Source of the DNA: Candidatus Nomurabacteria bacterium
Lineage (GTDB): Bacteria; Patescibacteriota; Saccharimonadia; Saccharimonadales; HK-STAS-PATE-42
Reading direction: 5' to 3'
Assembly (NCBI GenBank): GCA_023898665.1
Contig: CP060233.1
Location: 82,801-146,800 of the forward strand
Length of the DNA: 64,000 nucleotides
In this document: in pieces, positions 63,045-64,000 of the stretch
Layout of the letters: the number at the start of each line of letters is the position of its first letter
Position numbering within the stretch: position 1 is the stretch's first letter
The notes under the pieces: generated by a model
Database searches by the model: none
What the model was told of the DNA's origin: nothing
The model's input: only the letters and a program-made list of their open reading frames with translations
Position numbers and translations under genes: made by a program

Positions 63045-63410
63045 ATGTTAAAGATTGCACGCACTTCATTATGTGTAAATGCTGAGGACCTCAAGGGTCT
63101 TTTTTCGTCTAAAAATATAAGGCACGCGGCTGTAGGTCCTGGCTATGGAACCCTCGTGAGAGCTAAGATGGTCCAGGACTATTTAACAGATGGGGCTTTT
63201 AGTGCCGTATACTTTGATTGTCGGGTCCCTTGTGGCGATACTCCCACAGCTACATGGACCGAGGCTTTTGCTTGTATCTCGAAGCTTGGCGAAGAGACTG
63301 GGCTGTATGTCCCAGCTGTTATAGACCCCAGTGTACCTCGTTATATAAACGCAAATCCTGAACTTGCTGTAATAGAATTTCTCGAATTGGTGTCAGGACA
63401 ATCTGTTTAG
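63045..63410 (+). CDS. Hypothetical protein (121 aa)
   Basis: The track ORF 62952..63410 overlaps tRNA-Leu, so the internal ATG at 63045 (MLKIARTSL) is the plausible start. GC-richer than the flanks, several Cys, no family recognised. Confidence 0.4.
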   Translation: MLKIARTSLCVNAEDLKGLFSSKNIRHAAVGPGYGTLVRAKMVQDYLTDGAFSAVYFDCRVPCGDTPTATWTEAFACISKLGEETGLYVPAVIDPSVPRYINANPELAVIEFLELVSGQSV

Positions 63411-63419
63411 ATTATATCC

Positions 63420-64000
63420 TTACATCTTAGACGGGATCTCTATGCCGAGAATTCCTAATGATGACTCAAGGATACTATAGGTAAACTTAAGGAGCCAAAC
63501 TCGGGCTTCTTTTTCTTCTGGAGCGGAATTCATAATATTAACTTCTTCGTAGTATCTATTTAGCTCTTTGGCGAGTTCAAACGCATAGGTTGCTAGATGA
63601 TGGGGCTCGTACTTTTCGGCAGAAGTTCTTACTAGTTCTGGATATTTACTAAGCTTAAGTAAAAGTTCTGATTCTTCTTCGAAATTGTAATCTGATTTAA
63701 GTTCTTTTTGGTTGTCTGCGTCTTCAGCCAATTTTTGTAGGATGGATTTAATTCTTACTCCTGCATATTGAACGAATGGTCCAGAAAAACCTTGGAGGCT
63801 GAACATACGATCCCAATCGAATAAAATATTTGTTTTTCTGTCTTGGGCGAAGTCGTTAAACTTAATTGCTCCGAGAGCAATCTTGTGAATGTCTTCGAAT
63901 TTAAGATCCCTGTCCTCGACCGTCTTTGTGGCATATTCTAGCGCGCGATCAATCAGGTCTCTAATATGCATGGCGCCTTTACGGGAACTCATCTTTTCTC
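63420..64000 (-). CDS. argS: Arginine--tRNA ligase, C-terminal (DALR anticodon-binding) part; 5' end outside the window
   Basis: ALGAIKFNDFAQDRKTNILFDWDRMFSLQGFSGPFVQYAGVRIKSIL and the terminal ...IPSKM are typical of the ArgRS C-terminus. The frame is open to the window edge. Confidence 0.85.
   Translation of the reverse strand, partial: EKMSSRKGAMHIRDLIDRALEYATKTVEDRDLKFEDIHKIALGAIKFNDFAQDRKTNILFDWDRMFSLQGFSGPFVQYAGVRIKSILQKLAEDADNQKELKSDYNFEEESELLLKLSKYPELVRTSAEKYEPHHLATYAFELAKELNRYYEEVNIMNSAPEEKEARVWLLKFTYSILESSLGILGIEIPSKM

Noticed and set aside
1-64000. Search for CRISPR arrays, a reverse transcriptase/DGR, transposases, integrases, rRNA operons and recognisable restriction-modification or other named defence systems.
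   Set aside because: No regularly spaced repeats and no RT, transposase, integrase or nuclease-methylase motifs were seen in any long ORF. Absence is based on reading only and could miss degenerate copies.

Overview
This is an AT-rich (by eye, high-30s %GC), very gene-dense chromosomal segment, mostly coded on the minus strand. It looks like a reduced-genome Patescibacteria/CPR bacterium, most like Saccharibacteria; that placement is inferred from gene content only. The window spans the replication-origin region, with dnaA-dnaN and DnaA-box-like 9-mers on both sides of dnaA. It carries replication and repair genes (polA, holA, mutM, ung, radA). Envelope and division genes include a class A PBP, two Mur ligases, FtsA, an FtsB-like protein, a LysM-CHAP hydrolase, a GT2-GT39 fusion glycosyltransferase and a sortase-type surface protein. 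It also holds two ABC systems, a MIP channel, a CPA2 antiporter, rpsT, grpE and 11 tRNA genes, all with encoded CCA. A type-IV-secretion-like locus contains PrgI-like and VirB6/TrbL-like genes and six tandem pilin paralogues. I saw no rRNA, CRISPR array, transposase, integrase or reverse transcriptase. Four signals stand out. (1) A palindromic word, AAGCTT extended to TAAGCTTA and TTAAGCTTAA, is strongly over-represented in coding and non-coding DNA, reminiscent of cyanobacterial HIP1 or of uptake sequences. (2) A GC-rich island (~52.0-55.5 kb) inside the T4SS-like locus is riddled with reading-frame breaks. Further single frame breaks at short homopolymers hit several mostly lineage-specific genes, while all long housekeeping genes are intact. 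(3) The six-gene pilin array has a constant C-terminal module and variable Cys-containing heads. (4) There are unusual domain fusions: HEPN-CBS, a Com-type zinc ribbon with PAS repeats, and GT2-GT39. tRNA, hairpin, frameshift and motif coordinates were derived by hand and may be off by a few nt. All motif counts are manual tallies and need recomputing.
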